From assembly GCA_964576385.1 (NCBI GenBank), contig CAZNUS010000002.1, positions 7,844-71,843 of the forward strand: a stretch of DNA of 64,000 bases. Reading direction: 5' to 3'. This stretch comes from an uncultured Methanosarcinales archaeon. GTDB lineage: Archaea > Nanobdellota > Nanobdellia > Woesearchaeales > GW2011-AR9. The position numbers and the translations under genes are program-made. The notes under the pieces are model-generated. The model searched no databases and had not been told where the DNA came from. It saw nothing but the letters and a program-made list of their open reading frames with translations. The stretch's first letter is position 1, and the number at the start of each line of letters is the position of its first letter. Positions 38,491 to 48,136 of the stretch are shown piece after piece.

Positions 38491-39146
38491 AGGAGAAAGA
38501 GCATATAAAGCTAGCTAAAAAAGGGCTGGAAGAGACGTTGAAAGAAAAAGTAAGCCCCTTGCTGGAAGAAACTATGGAAAAAAGCTGGGGCATAACAATA
38601 CCTCAGATCGAATCAGACATCACTGATCGCCTTAGAAATTCATCATTAAACATCTATGTTTCTCCGCATCTCAATTTTTTACAAGCAAAGAAAAAATTTA
38701 AAGAAGAATTTCTTAAAAAAAGTTTGCGTATGCATTTAGGAAATATTTCCCAGCTGGCAAAGACGTTGCGTATTGATCGAAGAAGCGTACATAGGGCAAT
38801 TAAGTCGTTAGAGATTAATGTAGAAAAACTCCGGACTAATGACCTTAAAAATTATCGTGAGCAGGAAATAGATCAGACTATCCGCTCCTCATTGGCGCAC
38901 TATGGAGAACTAATACAGCCCCAGCAGATGGAAAAATTATACTCAGAGGTACCGGGATTATCCAAAAATATTGTTAAAATTCTCCCTTTGCAGGAAATTA
39001 CTTGGAAAGAAGCGGAGCGTGATTTTGAGCGGCAGTTTATCTCCCATGTGTTGAAAGAAACCAACAAGGACTTTATTGCATCGGCAACAAAATTAAAAAT
39101 TAGAGTAGAAACATTGTATCGAAAGGTGAAAACGCTAGGATTATAA
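38487..39146 (+). CDS. hypothetical protein with HTH-like segments
   Basis: 219 aa with two Fis-type-HTH-like stretches, ISQLAKTLRIDRRSVHRAIKSL and ASATKLKIRVETLYRKVK. Confidence 0.4.
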   Translation: MKEKEHIKLAKKGLEETLKEKVSPLLEETMEKSWGITIPQIESDITDRLRNSSLNIYVSPHLNFLQAKKKFKEEFLKKSLRMHLGNISQLAKTLRIDRRSVHRAIKSLEINVEKLRTNDLKNYREQEIDQTIRSSLAHYGELIQPQQMEKLYSEVPGLSKNIVKILPLQEITWKEAERDFERQFISHVLKETNKDFIASATKLKIRVETLYRKVKTLGL

Positions 39147-39228
39147 AACAGTCATTTTAGCAGGATATGTCTCCGTAAATATTATATAGTTTAAGAGAAG
39201 AAAAGTTAAAAGAAGAGGAATTAAAAAG

Positions 39229-39741
39229 ATGGTTAAGAAGAGAAATAATAAAGATAATAACAATAATAATTCTAATAATAATCATCCTAATCATCCTAAT
39301 AATAATGAGAATGGTACTGAGAGCCATAATGCTAATAGTCATATCTGGAAGAGCCATGAAAAGAAGCATCCATTCTTCTCTCAAAAATTAACCCTTGGGC
39401 AAAAAGCAGCAGACGAATTAGCAGAATTTGCAGGAAGCTGGAGATTTATCATTCTCTTTTTATGTTCATTATTCTTTTGGATAGCAGTTAATACCTATTT
39501 TCTCTTAGAAAAACCATTTGATCCCTATCCTTTCATTCTTCTTAATCTGCTGCTCTCTTCTTTAGCAGCTATTCAAGCTCCAATTATCTTAATGGCTCAG
39601 AATCGACAGGCAGAGCGGGATAGGATACAAGCAAAGTATGATTATCAAGTAAATCGTAAAGCAGAACGAGAGATACAGATTGTGCAAAAGGAATTATCTC
39701 ACGTGAAGAAGATAATGTCCAGGCAGCTTCATCAAAAGTAG
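39229..39741 (+). CDS. DUF1003-family membrane protein with poly-Asn N-terminus
   Basis: GSWRFI...FDPYPFILLNLLLSSLAAIQAPIILMAQNRQAERDR matches my recollection of DUF1003. The Asn run is encoded by AAT repeats. Confidence 0.55.
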   Translation: MVKKRNNKDNNNNNSNNNHPNHPNNNENGTESHNANSHIWKSHEKKHPFFSQKLTLGQKAADELAEFAGSWRFIILFLCSLFFWIAVNTYFLLEKPFDPYPFILLNLLLSSLAAIQAPIILMAQNRQAERDRIQAKYDYQVNRKAEREIQIVQKELSHVKKIMSRQLHQK

Positions 39742-39796
39742 GGGAAAATATGATCTCATTGGAGATATATGCTCAAATGTTATAGATTCCTAAAAT

Positions 39797-40043
39797 ATGC
39801 TTTTTCCACTGGTGATTGCCGACAAGCAACTCACGAACGCTAGTGATTTGGTGTTCACCAGTGGTGAACCAACAATATTTACCTCTATGGAAAAAGCATG
39901 GTCAGAAAACCGGGGACTTGCCAGAGCTCGCAAGCGATGGCTCGCTCATTTACCAGCGAAGTGAGCATGCCACCGGTCGTTGCTCATCAGCAACTCACAA
40001 GCGTAAGTGACTTGATATTGACCAGTGGTGGTCGGTTTTCTTT
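39797..40043 (+). ncRNA. Candidate structured ncRNA, identity unassigned (SRP RNA or RNase P RNA are candidates)
   Basis: About 250 nt and locally GC-rich in an AT-rich genome. Long-range pairing atgctttttcca/tggaaaaagcat. Two paralogous hairpin modules: ccactggtga...tcaccagtgg and ccaccggtc...gaccagtgg. Each has an apical caaCTCAC-8nt-GTGAyTTG stem-loop. It ends in a T-run, ttttcttt. The internal 64-aa ORF is probably spurious. Confidence 0.45.
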
Positions 40044-40114
40044 GACAATAATAGCATTTTAGTATATTCTGTATTAAGTAATAGTTTATATAATTTATAA
40101 CATTACCAACAGCT

Positions 40115-40369
40115 ATGATTCCTTTTCAAGAAGATATTAGCGTTCTACTAAAAGTTCCGGTAGATGAAGAATTAGAAGCAAAGTTGCTTTTTGCAAGTAA
40201 AGCAGTTGAAAGATATGCAGGTGTACATAGGTTAGAAGGATACACATCAGGGATGTATAAAGGAGAGGTTAGCATAGTAATTGATGTTGCAAATGGAACA
40301 ATTAATCCCGAAAAACGCTTGCCAGATACTATTCATGGAGTTCAAATCTATTATAAGATAAAGCCGTGA
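40115..40369 (+). CDS. hypothetical small protein
   Basis: 84 aa ORF. Confidence 0.35.
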   Translation: MIPFQEDISVLLKVPVDEELEAKLLFASKAVERYAGVHRLEGYTSGMYKGEVSIVIDVANGTINPEKRLPDTIHGVQIYYKIKP

Positions 40370-40424
40370 TAAATTCATCCCACTTTTTTCTAAATTAAAT
40401 GCTCATTTTTTCACTTGACTAAAT

Positions 40425-40811
40425 TCAATCGACCAAAATAACTCTGTTTTTCTGCCTGATTGTCAGATAAGGCTTATATAATCGTTTTTTTAGTTCCTTA
40501 TCTTGAGTTAATATAATCTCGCCTTGTTTTGAATGTTCAACTAACTGGTCATCTACGTTTCTTAGCTCAGCAGCTTCTGGTTTTGCCATAATTCTAACTT
40601 TTTTAGCTTTAAGTAAGTCTAGTGCTAACTTTGCTCCGCGCTTGTATTTTCCTCTCTGCACGTCCATTATTTTTTTAAGTTCAATAATTGTTCCTTCTAG
40701 AACTGACAGTTGAAATGGGAAATAACAAACTCTTTCTATCTCTGAAAATATATCTATCTTAAATTCAGAAACTGCCATTAAGCTATTAGTATCAAGGATG
40801 ATTTTTTTCAT
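40425..40811 (-). CDS. PIN-domain protein (Fcf1/Utp24-like)
   Basis: ILDTNSLM near the N-terminus and conserved acidic residues (E, D...TQDKELKKRL). About 128 aa, typical of archaeal Fcf1. Confidence 0.55.
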   Translation of the reverse strand: MKKIILDTNSLMAVSEFKIDIFSEIERVCYFPFQLSVLEGTIIELKKIMDVQRGKYKRGAKLALDLLKAKKVRIMAKPEAAELRNVDDQLVEHSKQGEIILTQDKELKKRLYKPYLTIRQKNRVILVD

Positions 40812-40813
40812 GG

Positions 40814-41785
40814 TTAACCTAATGTTGGTATCATTGATTTTTTAGCGATTAGGCCGACACTAACTACTGCGTAAATCCTGGCAAATACCATCAAGAAAAT
40901 AAATAAAAAAGCGCTAAGTAGCATCAAAAAAAAGTTCTCGCTAGCTAAGCTAAGGTAAACGAGATATATTGATGCTGTTATCATCGATAAACTAATCAAT
41001 AATATTGGCAAAGTTAAATGCGCCTTTTTAATTCCGCAAACAAACCATCTTTTTAAGAAATACTTCCAGCTTTTACTTTCAGAAACACTTAATGAAACAA
41101 AATGAAGATAATAAATGGCGATGAATACAAACAGTAACCATCTGGAAATTTGTCCAAAAGAACTAACATCTACACCTTGAAGAACTAAACTTTTCAGAAA
41201 GAAGTAACTGCTGGTGAAGAATATGCCATATAACAGAGCTGATGATGCTAAAAATTTTAACCATTGGTGCAGAAAATCAAGCCAGATAATATTTTTCATC
41301 AGCTCTCCTTTTCTAATTATATAGTGTGTTAATGTCCAAATGCCTCCATATATTATTAAAAAAATACCTCCAATCCATAATGAAAAATAAAGGATGTTTT
41401 CTTTAAGTGAGGTATAACTCTTCTGCATTCTTAATAATTCCTTATGGACATCTTTTAGAAATGCTTCTCCCTGCTCAATCTGGCTGGGGTTGTAATTTGC
41501 TTCCTGAAGCGGGGTCATAATATTTTGTACATCATTAATTAGCCTTACTTGGTAAGTTAATCCTATATATATTACTGAAAAAAGTAATACTGTCTGAAGA
41601 ATTAGCAAGATAAAGAACAAGAATTTATTTATGGATATTATCTTCAAGGAATGATGAAATCCTTTGATAACAGTCCATTGTTTCCAGTTCTGTTCCTTAG
41701 AGATAAAAAAATTCATAAGAGAAATGAACATCAGTGACCATAAAAAGGTTGCGGTGTAAATATCAATAATCATCATCATCATCAT
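40814..41785 (-). CDS. Polytopic membrane protein (hypothetical)
   Basis: 323 aa. The 5' end runs into a (CAT)5(AAT)6 microsatellite, so the start is uncertain. Confidence 0.4.
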   Translation of the reverse strand: MMMMMIIDIYTATFLWSLMFISLMNFFISKEQNWKQWTVIKGFHHSLKIISINKFLFFILLILQTVLLFSVIYIGLTYQVRLINDVQNIMTPLQEANYNPSQIEQGEAFLKDVHKELLRMQKSYTSLKENILYFSLWIGGIFLIIYGGIWTLTHYIIRKGELMKNIIWLDFLHQWLKFLASSALLYGIFFTSSYFFLKSLVLQGVDVSSFGQISRWLLFVFIAIYYLHFVSLSVSESKSWKYFLKRWFVCGIKKAHLTLPILLISLSMITASIYLVYLSLASENFFLMLLSAFLFIFLMVFARIYAVVSVGLIAKKSMIPTLG

Positions 41786-41984
41786 AATAATAATAATAAT
41801 AATTGATATTGATTATTATATTTTATCCGCAGATGCTATATTTAAATACAGGGGATTTCACCACTCTTTTGACTGGTGTTCCGCCAGCTTTATTCCTAGA
41901 TTGGTCTAATACCCCGCAGCTTGCTCCGGTGGGAGTTTCATTTGAGGTTCTTGGGTCATTTTTATCAGAAATGTTGAGTTATTT

Positions 41985-42824
41985 TTAAAGTATCCCGTCG
42001 CTAACAAAGTAATCTTTTAGGTTTAGCATTATATTTTGCTTATTACTACTAATGATTTTTCTTGCGCCTGCTTGAATGAGACCAGATTCTAGTTTGGATA
42101 CCTCGGGAAGTGCTAATCTATCCGAATCAATGGTTGATATTTCCATTGGATAAAGAGGAGTAGTATCAACTCCTGGCGTAGCTTTTCTAAGTTTCTCAAA
42201 AGCTTCCACTACTCTTTTACCTGTTATTACATTTGCAAATCCTACCGGAACAACACCACAATCCCGACATTCATTTCCAGTTCGTATTTCACTTACAGCA
42301 TCTGCGATGTAATATATTTTTGTTGCACCCTGACTTTGAATGTAAGCAAAGTGATCCCTTCCTTTTTGAAAACCAGAACGACTACCTAATATCTCACATA
42401 AATAATCAGAAATAACCTTACCTTGGGCGGTTTCTCTCCACCGGTCTAAAACTTCTTGATCTACCGCAGAACTAATGTAATGTCTTATTCCTCTCTGACG
42501 TAAATTTCTTAACAATTCTACAGATCCATCAAAATATTTGAGTGAACTCTCTACTCCAATTGAGAGCATGGTATAATAAGCTGCCGCATCATCAATATTT
42601 TCAATTACATCTTGTCTCTCTACATTAAAGAGCCGCATTTTTTCTGCAACTGAAACACCAGATTTTTCAAACCCCCAGTTTATCAAATCTTCTATACAAA
42701 TGTCTCCCCTTAAATCTGGAGGAATATGCTGCAAAGAGGAAAGAGCAAATGCAACTGCATTTTCAGGCATTCTATCTACAAGAACACCATCTCTTATCCA
42801 TACAATGGTGATATCTTCTGTCAT
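41985..42824 (-). CDS. HAD-like hydrolase (putative), compositionally atypical
   Basis: WIRDGVLVD is a motif-I-like segment with R in place of the nucleophile D. Visibly higher GC than neighbours. Confidence 0.35.
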   Translation of the reverse strand: MTEDITIVWIRDGVLVDRMPENAVAFALSSLQHIPPDLRGDICIEDLINWGFEKSGVSVAEKMRLFNVERQDVIENIDDAAAYYTMLSIGVESSLKYFDGSVELLRNLRQRGIRHYISSAVDQEVLDRWRETAQGKVISDYLCEILGSRSGFQKGRDHFAYIQSQGATKIYYIADAVSEIRTGNECRDCGVVPVGFANVITGKRVVEAFEKLRKATPGVDTTPLYPMEISTIDSDRLALPEVSKLESGLIQAGARKIISSNKQNIMLNLKDYFVSDGIL

Positions 42825-43071
42825 CTTTATTTATTTGGGAATGTGACTCTATATAAATAATTAATCAAAAAAAGAACAGACCCCCAGTGCTACGCACATA
42901 TAGACTCAGCTTCGTCTCGAATTGATTGGAACTCAAATTTTACTTTTCGGACGAAATTTTGCCCAACTACGCAGGGCAAAAGAACTTAACAGGAATTATA
43001 CTCAATCAAAAAATAAAATATACCTGTTTAACATACCAGTTGAATATTAGAATACAAAACTAAAAAACCCC

Positions 43072-43311
43072 TTAATTCTCATATAACCCATCGTAATCAT
43101 TGAAAAATGCTCCTTTAGTAGATACTTTTTTTACCTTTACTAAGATCTTCTGATTATTCTTTAAAGTAAAGACTACTTCCGGCAAATCTTTTTTCTGCGC
43201 TTCTTCCAACTTTTTAACTATCTCCATTTCTGAGAGTTGAGACTCTTTCAATCCTAATAATTCTTTGATAGACATATTCCCTCCTATATCTGTTAAATCA
43301 TTTTTGTGCAA
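43072..43311 (-). CDS. hypothetical small protein
   Basis: 79 aa ORF. Confidence 0.3.
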   Translation of the reverse strand: MHKNDLTDIGGNMSIKELLGLKESQLSEMEIVKKLEEAQKKDLPEVVFTLKNNQKILVKVKKVSTKGAFFNDYDGLYEN

Positions 43312-43402
43312 ATCCTATACTAATCCTAGTGCTAATGTTGAGTCTACTCTAGAGTCTACTAACAACATCATATTTTTATGTGGCTAATAAAACCACAGAG
43401 CA

Positions 43403-43747
43403 TTAAACAATTAGCTCTTCTTCGTACGATTCCAGGAAATCTTCCTCATCAGTGAAGTCTATCTCATCTTCTACAAAGCTCAATCCTTCTTCATAGCCTT
43501 GCATGATGCCATCTTCTTCGTGCCTTAAGACGTCTTCTTCTACTAAGATTTCCCTTTTTTGTCTGGAGTATATTGTCTCATCTTGAAGTAAATCTCCACC
43601 GAGATAAGCACTCCACCCTTTTTTCATTGTTGTATCCATGTTCACCACCCCTAGCATAACCTTTCCCCCATGAAAGTATCTGCTGTATCTTTTAGATACA
43701 AAACATTTAAATATAAATACATTTGCCAGATAGTATATAGTATGCAT
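43403..43747 (-). CDS. hypothetical acidic protein
   Basis: 114 aa ORF, Glu/Asp-rich C-terminus. Confidence 0.3.
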   Translation of the reverse strand: MHTIYYLANVFIFKCFVSKRYSRYFHGGKVMLGVVNMDTTMKKGWSAYLGGDLLQDETIYSRQKREILVEEDVLRHEEDGIMQGYEEGLSFVEDEIDFTDEEDFLESYEEELIV

Positions 43748-43779
43748 ATATCATTATACTTAAGGGGGGAGCGGTAATC

Positions 43780-44730
43780 ATGGAATATCGAAAATTAATT
43801 TCTTTTGGAAAAAGCAGTTTTGTAGTTTCATTGCCAAAAAATTGGGTTAGGCAGAATAAGCTTCAGAAGGGAGATTTAATCTACTTTGATGACAATGGCC
43901 CTAATCTAATATTGAGCAAACAGGAGAATAAGCATGATGATGAAGAAAAAGAGATAACTATTCAAACTGATAAGAAAAGTACTCGACAGATACAACGGGA
44001 AATTATTTCTGCTTACATCCGAAATTATAAAACTATCATTTTGATAGGTGAAGAACTAAAAAATAAGGTAGAGGATATTCAAAAAATAATCCAGAATCTT
44101 GTTGCTTTAGAAATTTTAGAGCAAACTTCTAAGAAAATAGTTGCTAAGGACTTTTTGAATATGCCGGAAACTGAAATAAAGTCCCTTATTAAAAAGATGG
44201 ATGTAACAGTAAGGTCGATGCTTAGCGATTGCAAACTTATTTTTACTGATGATGTTTATACTAATATTAAGCACCGGGATAGCGATGTAAATAAGCTTAG
44301 TTTTTTAGTTTACCGGGCAATCCGCTACGGATTGGAACATCCGATCATTATTGATAAAAAATACCATATGTCTTCCAATGAATTGCTGAGCTTATGGTGG
44401 GTTGTTTTTAATATTGAAAATGTAGGGGATGATGCTAAAAGAATTGCTCGCTATGTGCAATCGATGGAGTTTAATCCTGAGATGAAAAATAAGTTTTTAT
44501 CAATTTTGGATAAGTTAGATAAGAATTATGTGCAGTTAATGAACTCACTATATAAGAATGATCAATTTTTGGCTCATGCAATTCATGAGACCAAAAAAGA
44601 AACAATCGCTCAGTGTGATGATTTTTACAAAAGATATCATCAAACTATGTGGTGCGGGCACTTAGTCAACCAACTAAAATCACTAGCCACAAATATCCAC
44701 AATATTGGGCGATCAGTGTATCAATATTAA
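43780..44730 (+). CDS. AbrB/SpoVT-domain - PhoU-like regulator
   Basis: N-terminal swapped-hairpin AbrB-like segment (ISFGKSSFVVSLPKNWV...GDLIYFD). Helical PhoU-like repeats follow. Confidence 0.6.
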   Translation: MEYRKLISFGKSSFVVSLPKNWVRQNKLQKGDLIYFDDNGPNLILSKQENKHDDEEKEITIQTDKKSTRQIQREIISAYIRNYKTIILIGEELKNKVEDIQKIIQNLVALEILEQTSKKIVAKDFLNMPETEIKSLIKKMDVTVRSMLSDCKLIFTDDVYTNIKHRDSDVNKLSFLVYRAIRYGLEHPIIIDKKYHMSSNELLSLWWVVFNIENVGDDAKRIARYVQSMEFNPEMKNKFLSILDKLDKNYVQLMNSLYKNDQFLAHAIHETKKETIAQCDDFYKRYHQTMWCGHLVNQLKSLATNIHNIGRSVYQY

Positions 44731-44845
44731 TAATCACCATAGTCCTCATAATTAGTAAATCTTTCATAATTTTTACTATCAAGTAATAAATTGTGCGAAA
44801 GATTAATAAACGGGGTTTAGTTTTAAGCTCGAAGATAGCTTAAAC

Positions 44846-46231
44846 ATGATTCACTCGTCAAGATATGCCCATATGGGGGAAGTTATTTCTATAAATCGCA
44901 CTAGTGTGCTTGTCAAAACAACAAGCGAATCTGGTGGGAAATTAGTGGTAAAATCATATCGGCCAAGTGATTTTCTGAGGGAGAAGGAATTACATTTGGG
45001 GTTACCTCCGGTAACTATGGATGGCGGATATAGGCGATCACCGGGGCATTATTGGGAAAAAGAAGCTGCTGTTTTAGAAATATTAACCGATTCACAACAA
45101 GAAGGAAGAACTGTTGTTAGAGTTCCTACGTTTTATTCTAAAGATCCTGAAGATTTAACGATTGCTATGGAGTATCTCGACTTACCTGTCTTATCAGATG
45201 AACTTGCTAAATACGAATCTGATGAGGATAAACAGCCATTTAGAGAGCGACAACTTCAGGAAGTAGGGGGATTGCAGTTAGCCTTGAATCACATAAATAA
45301 TGCGGGGAGGTTAACAGAACTTCGTTCATCTTTTTCTAATCAAGGTTATAAGCCAAGAAAAGTAATTAATTTTAGAGATTATCGAGAAGAAATTCAGAGG
45401 CTAAGCTTACAGCTGCGTTTATTAGCGTTTACCCATTCTGATGCTGTACGCTCACGTTTCGGAATAGATGATCAGTGGAAATACACCACTGATTCTTGGG
45501 GATTATTTAAAAAAAATGTGAGCGCCTATCTTTCAGAACGCGGGATTAATTTTCAGGATTTTGTCAGAAAAGCAGTAGAAAGGCATGAGAAAATAATATA
45601 TGGAGATAAAAGCCCTTATGGTAAAATAGGTGATTTAAGGTCTCTAAAAAAAAAAAAAAAAGTAATCTTAGTTCATGGTGATGCTGGACCTCAAAATACA
45701 TTCTATGATCAATATAGCCCCTGGAGATTTGGTGACTGGAATGAAGTCAGATTAGCTAATCGGCATTTGGACTTAGTTCATGCCTTATATCATACCTCTA
45801 ATGACCCCTCAGAATTAGCAGCTCTGCATCTTTTAAGCGATTATTTTCGTGAAGAACCTCAGCAGGAAGAAGAGAAAGGAGACTTATCCTTGTTTCTGTT
45901 GAGAATAATTGAGACGAGATTAATGGAGAACATGCGTTGGATTGCTAGTGATGCTAGAAGATCCGTCGCTGATACAAGAAGAATTTTTGGGCCGACCTCT
46001 GAAAGGTTAAATGATCTACAAGTAAAGAGCTACAATCTCAGTAGATTTAGTAAATTCTCGCGATTTTATGTTCGTGACCAAGGAAGGGATGTTTTAGTTA
46101 GTGGTCAAACCTTAGAGCATAGGCTTATGCTGGAACAATTAAGTGCATTTGAACGATTATTTCATGCATTGGAAATACCTGATATTTCAGATTATGCATT
46201 AAAAGTAGCTGAACTTAGCGGCACTGGATAA
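44846..46231 (+). CDS. Protein-kinase-like phosphotransferase (APH/ChoK-like) family protein
   Basis: VVKSY lysine and a catalytic-loop-like LVHGDAGPQN. It contains an A16 homopolymer at 45646-45661 encoding KKKKK. Confidence 0.45.
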   Translation: MIHSSRYAHMGEVISINRTSVLVKTTSESGGKLVVKSYRPSDFLREKELHLGLPPVTMDGGYRRSPGHYWEKEAAVLEILTDSQQEGRTVVRVPTFYSKDPEDLTIAMEYLDLPVLSDELAKYESDEDKQPFRERQLQEVGGLQLALNHINNAGRLTELRSSFSNQGYKPRKVINFRDYREEIQRLSLQLRLLAFTHSDAVRSRFGIDDQWKYTTDSWGLFKKNVSAYLSERGINFQDFVRKAVERHEKIIYGDKSPYGKIGDLRSLKKKKKVILVHGDAGPQNTFYDQYSPWRFGDWNEVRLANRHLDLVHALYHTSNDPSELAALHLLSDYFREEPQQEEEKGDLSLFLLRIIETRLMENMRWIASDARRSVADTRRIFGPTSERLNDLQVKSYNLSRFSKFSRFYVRDQGRDVLVSGQTLEHRLMLEQLSAFERLFHALEIPDISDYALKVAELSGTG

Positions 46232-46233
46232 CT

Positions 46234-47085
46234 ATGGGTAGAACAAATAGCGAGGAAGTACTTCATCATGCTAAAGAAGTAGCAACTGAAGTAGGTTTTT
46301 TTATCACTAAATTTCGCTATTCTCCTCTTACAAGAGAGAAAGACCCTTCTCCCAGCACAATATTTGATGACTATGCCGATAGATATTTTAGAGATAGATT
46401 AGAGAGAAGAACTGGTATTCCAGTATTTACAGAAATCAGTGACGACATCTCTAGGAGATTAAAATTAGAACACTTTTGGTGGGTTGATCCGATTGATGGA
46501 ACTGCTTCTTTTGAAAAACATTTGGCAGATTTTGCCATATCCTTGGGGAATGTTAATCTCGGAAAAGTAATTGGCGGTGTTATTTGTGAACCGCATCCAG
46601 ATAGGATGGTCATGAATTTTGCGATGGAGGGGAGAGGAGCATATTCTCAAAGAATAACTTACAACAAGAGTGGTAATCCTAGCTTTATACAGCCGAGAAG
46701 AATGCGGGTGTCCAAGCGTAAAAGAGATTTAGTTGCCATACTTGGCAGGAGCGAAGATCAACTTACCCGTCAGCTGTACAAAGAATTAGGATTTTCAGAA
46801 AAAGAAGGGATTAGGAATTTTACCGGTAAGGCTTTAGCTATAGCTAGAGGTGAAGCAGATGTTTATGTATTTGTAAATAAGGTTCATGATAAAACCTATA
46901 AGGCTTGGGATACCGCAGCCGCTAACGTTATTCTCAATGAAGCGGGGGGTAGAATAACTGATTTAGATGGGAAAGCCTTAAGTTATACGGCAAGGGATCC
47001 AACACATCTTGGCGGCATAGTTATGAGTAATGGATATAGGCATGCTGATATTTGTGAAAAATTAAGGGATGTGTTTAAAACTTAA
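46234..47085 (+). CDS. Inositol monophosphatase / CysQ-family phosphatase
   Basis: The WVDPIDGT motif. The start lies 2 nt after the upstream stop. Confidence 0.8.
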   Translation: MGRTNSEEVLHHAKEVATEVGFFITKFRYSPLTREKDPSPSTIFDDYADRYFRDRLERRTGIPVFTEISDDISRRLKLEHFWWVDPIDGTASFEKHLADFAISLGNVNLGKVIGGVICEPHPDRMVMNFAMEGRGAYSQRITYNKSGNPSFIQPRRMRVSKRKRDLVAILGRSEDQLTRQLYKELGFSEKEGIRNFTGKALAIARGEADVYVFVNKVHDKTYKAWDTAAANVILNEAGGRITDLDGKALSYTARDPTHLGGIVMSNGYRHADICEKLRDVFKT

Positions 47086-47221
47086 AGATCATGATTATAA
47101 TTGTTAATTATTAATAGTCTATATCTTTCTTCAGTATGTAAATTTTTCTCTAACTCTTAAAAATAGTTAAAAAAATAGTTAAAAAGTTTTATAAACGATA
47201 CGGTAGTTTTTAATGATACTT

Positions 47222-47365
47222 GCCGGGGTAGCAAAGCCTGGCCAAAAACTGTATGTGAAAGCATCAGTTAGGCTCAATGCGCAGGACTTAAGGAGCAGCC
47301 AGCGGATGCTGGTTAAGCAATCCTGTTCCTTAGTGGATTCGGGGGTTCAAATCCCTTCCCCGGCA
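47222..47365 (+). tRNA. tRNA-Leu(UAA) with two introns (D-loop region and 37/38)
   Basis: Acceptor gccgggg/ccccggc, discriminator A. D-arm gca-aagcctggccaaaa...tgc. Anticodon stem cagga/tcctg with loop cuUAAg and a 27-nt intron. Long variable arm ttccttagtggattc. T-arm ggggg-ttcaaat-ccctt. Total 144 nt. Confidence 0.75.
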
Positions 47366-47402
47366 TATTTTATTTAATCCATTGATTGCCATTGTTATTA
47401 TA

Positions 47403-47443
<41 letters not shown>

Positions 47444-47531
47444 TGGAAAGATATTTCAACTATAAACTATTAGTAGAACTATAAAATCTTTCCTAGAACC
47501 ATCAAAAATAATTATCATTTAGCTCTATAAA

Positions 47532-48011
47532 ATGCGCCAGGCAACTCTTTGTATCTTAATGAATTCTTCTGCTTCAACTATCATTTTAGGATATAAAAAA
47601 AGAGGATTTGGCAGTGGAAAGTATAATGGTTTTGGCGGGAAACCAAAAGAACATGAATCAATATTACTTTGCGCTGTAAGGGAACTGAAAGAAGAAAGTG
47701 GCATAGATGTTAAAGAAAAATCTCTGAAAAAGGCTGCTGAATTGATGTTTACTTTTCCTAACCATGCTGATTGGAACCAAGTGGTGCATGTATATTTACT
47801 TACTACCTGGATTGGTAAACCCATAGAAACAGAAGAGATGAAACCAGAACTATTTTCTTTCTCTGAGCTGCCTTATGATCAAATGTGGGATGATGATAAA
47901 TATTGGCTGCCTTTAGTTTTACAAGGGAAAAAAATAAGAGGACATTTTACTTTTTCAGATGATAATAGTACTGTACTCCACCATCAGCTAGAAGAAGTTG
48001 AATCCTTCTGA
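47532..48011 (+). CDS. Nudix hydrolase
   Basis: Nudix box GGKPKEHESILLCAVRELKEESGI. Confidence 0.85.
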   Translation: MRQATLCILMNSSASTIILGYKKRGFGSGKYNGFGGKPKEHESILLCAVRELKEESGIDVKEKSLKKAAELMFTFPNHADWNQVVHVYLLTTWIGKPIETEEMKPELFSFSELPYDQMWDDDKYWLPLVLQGKKIRGHFTFSDDNSTVLHHQLEEVESF

Positions 48012-48136
48012 TCTTTAGTACATCATTAGTTAGATGACGAATATGATATATCAATAATATGTCCATTTTCTTTGATGATTGGCGCTAATTAGGATGCACA
48101 AAAAAAGTGTTTTCTGGATAACTCAACTCTACTTTG

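Noticed and set aside
39816-40010. 64-aa ORF inside the GC-rich block
   Set aside because: The region is dominated by long-range and tandem hairpin complementarity and ends in a T-run. An RNA gene is the better explanation. The ORF has no start context and an odd composition.
39797-40043. Confident naming of the structured RNA as RNase P or SRP RNA
   Set aside because: Only loose matches to CR-V-like and helix-8-like strings were found, in the wrong relative order for RNase P. This cannot be settled without a covariance-model search.
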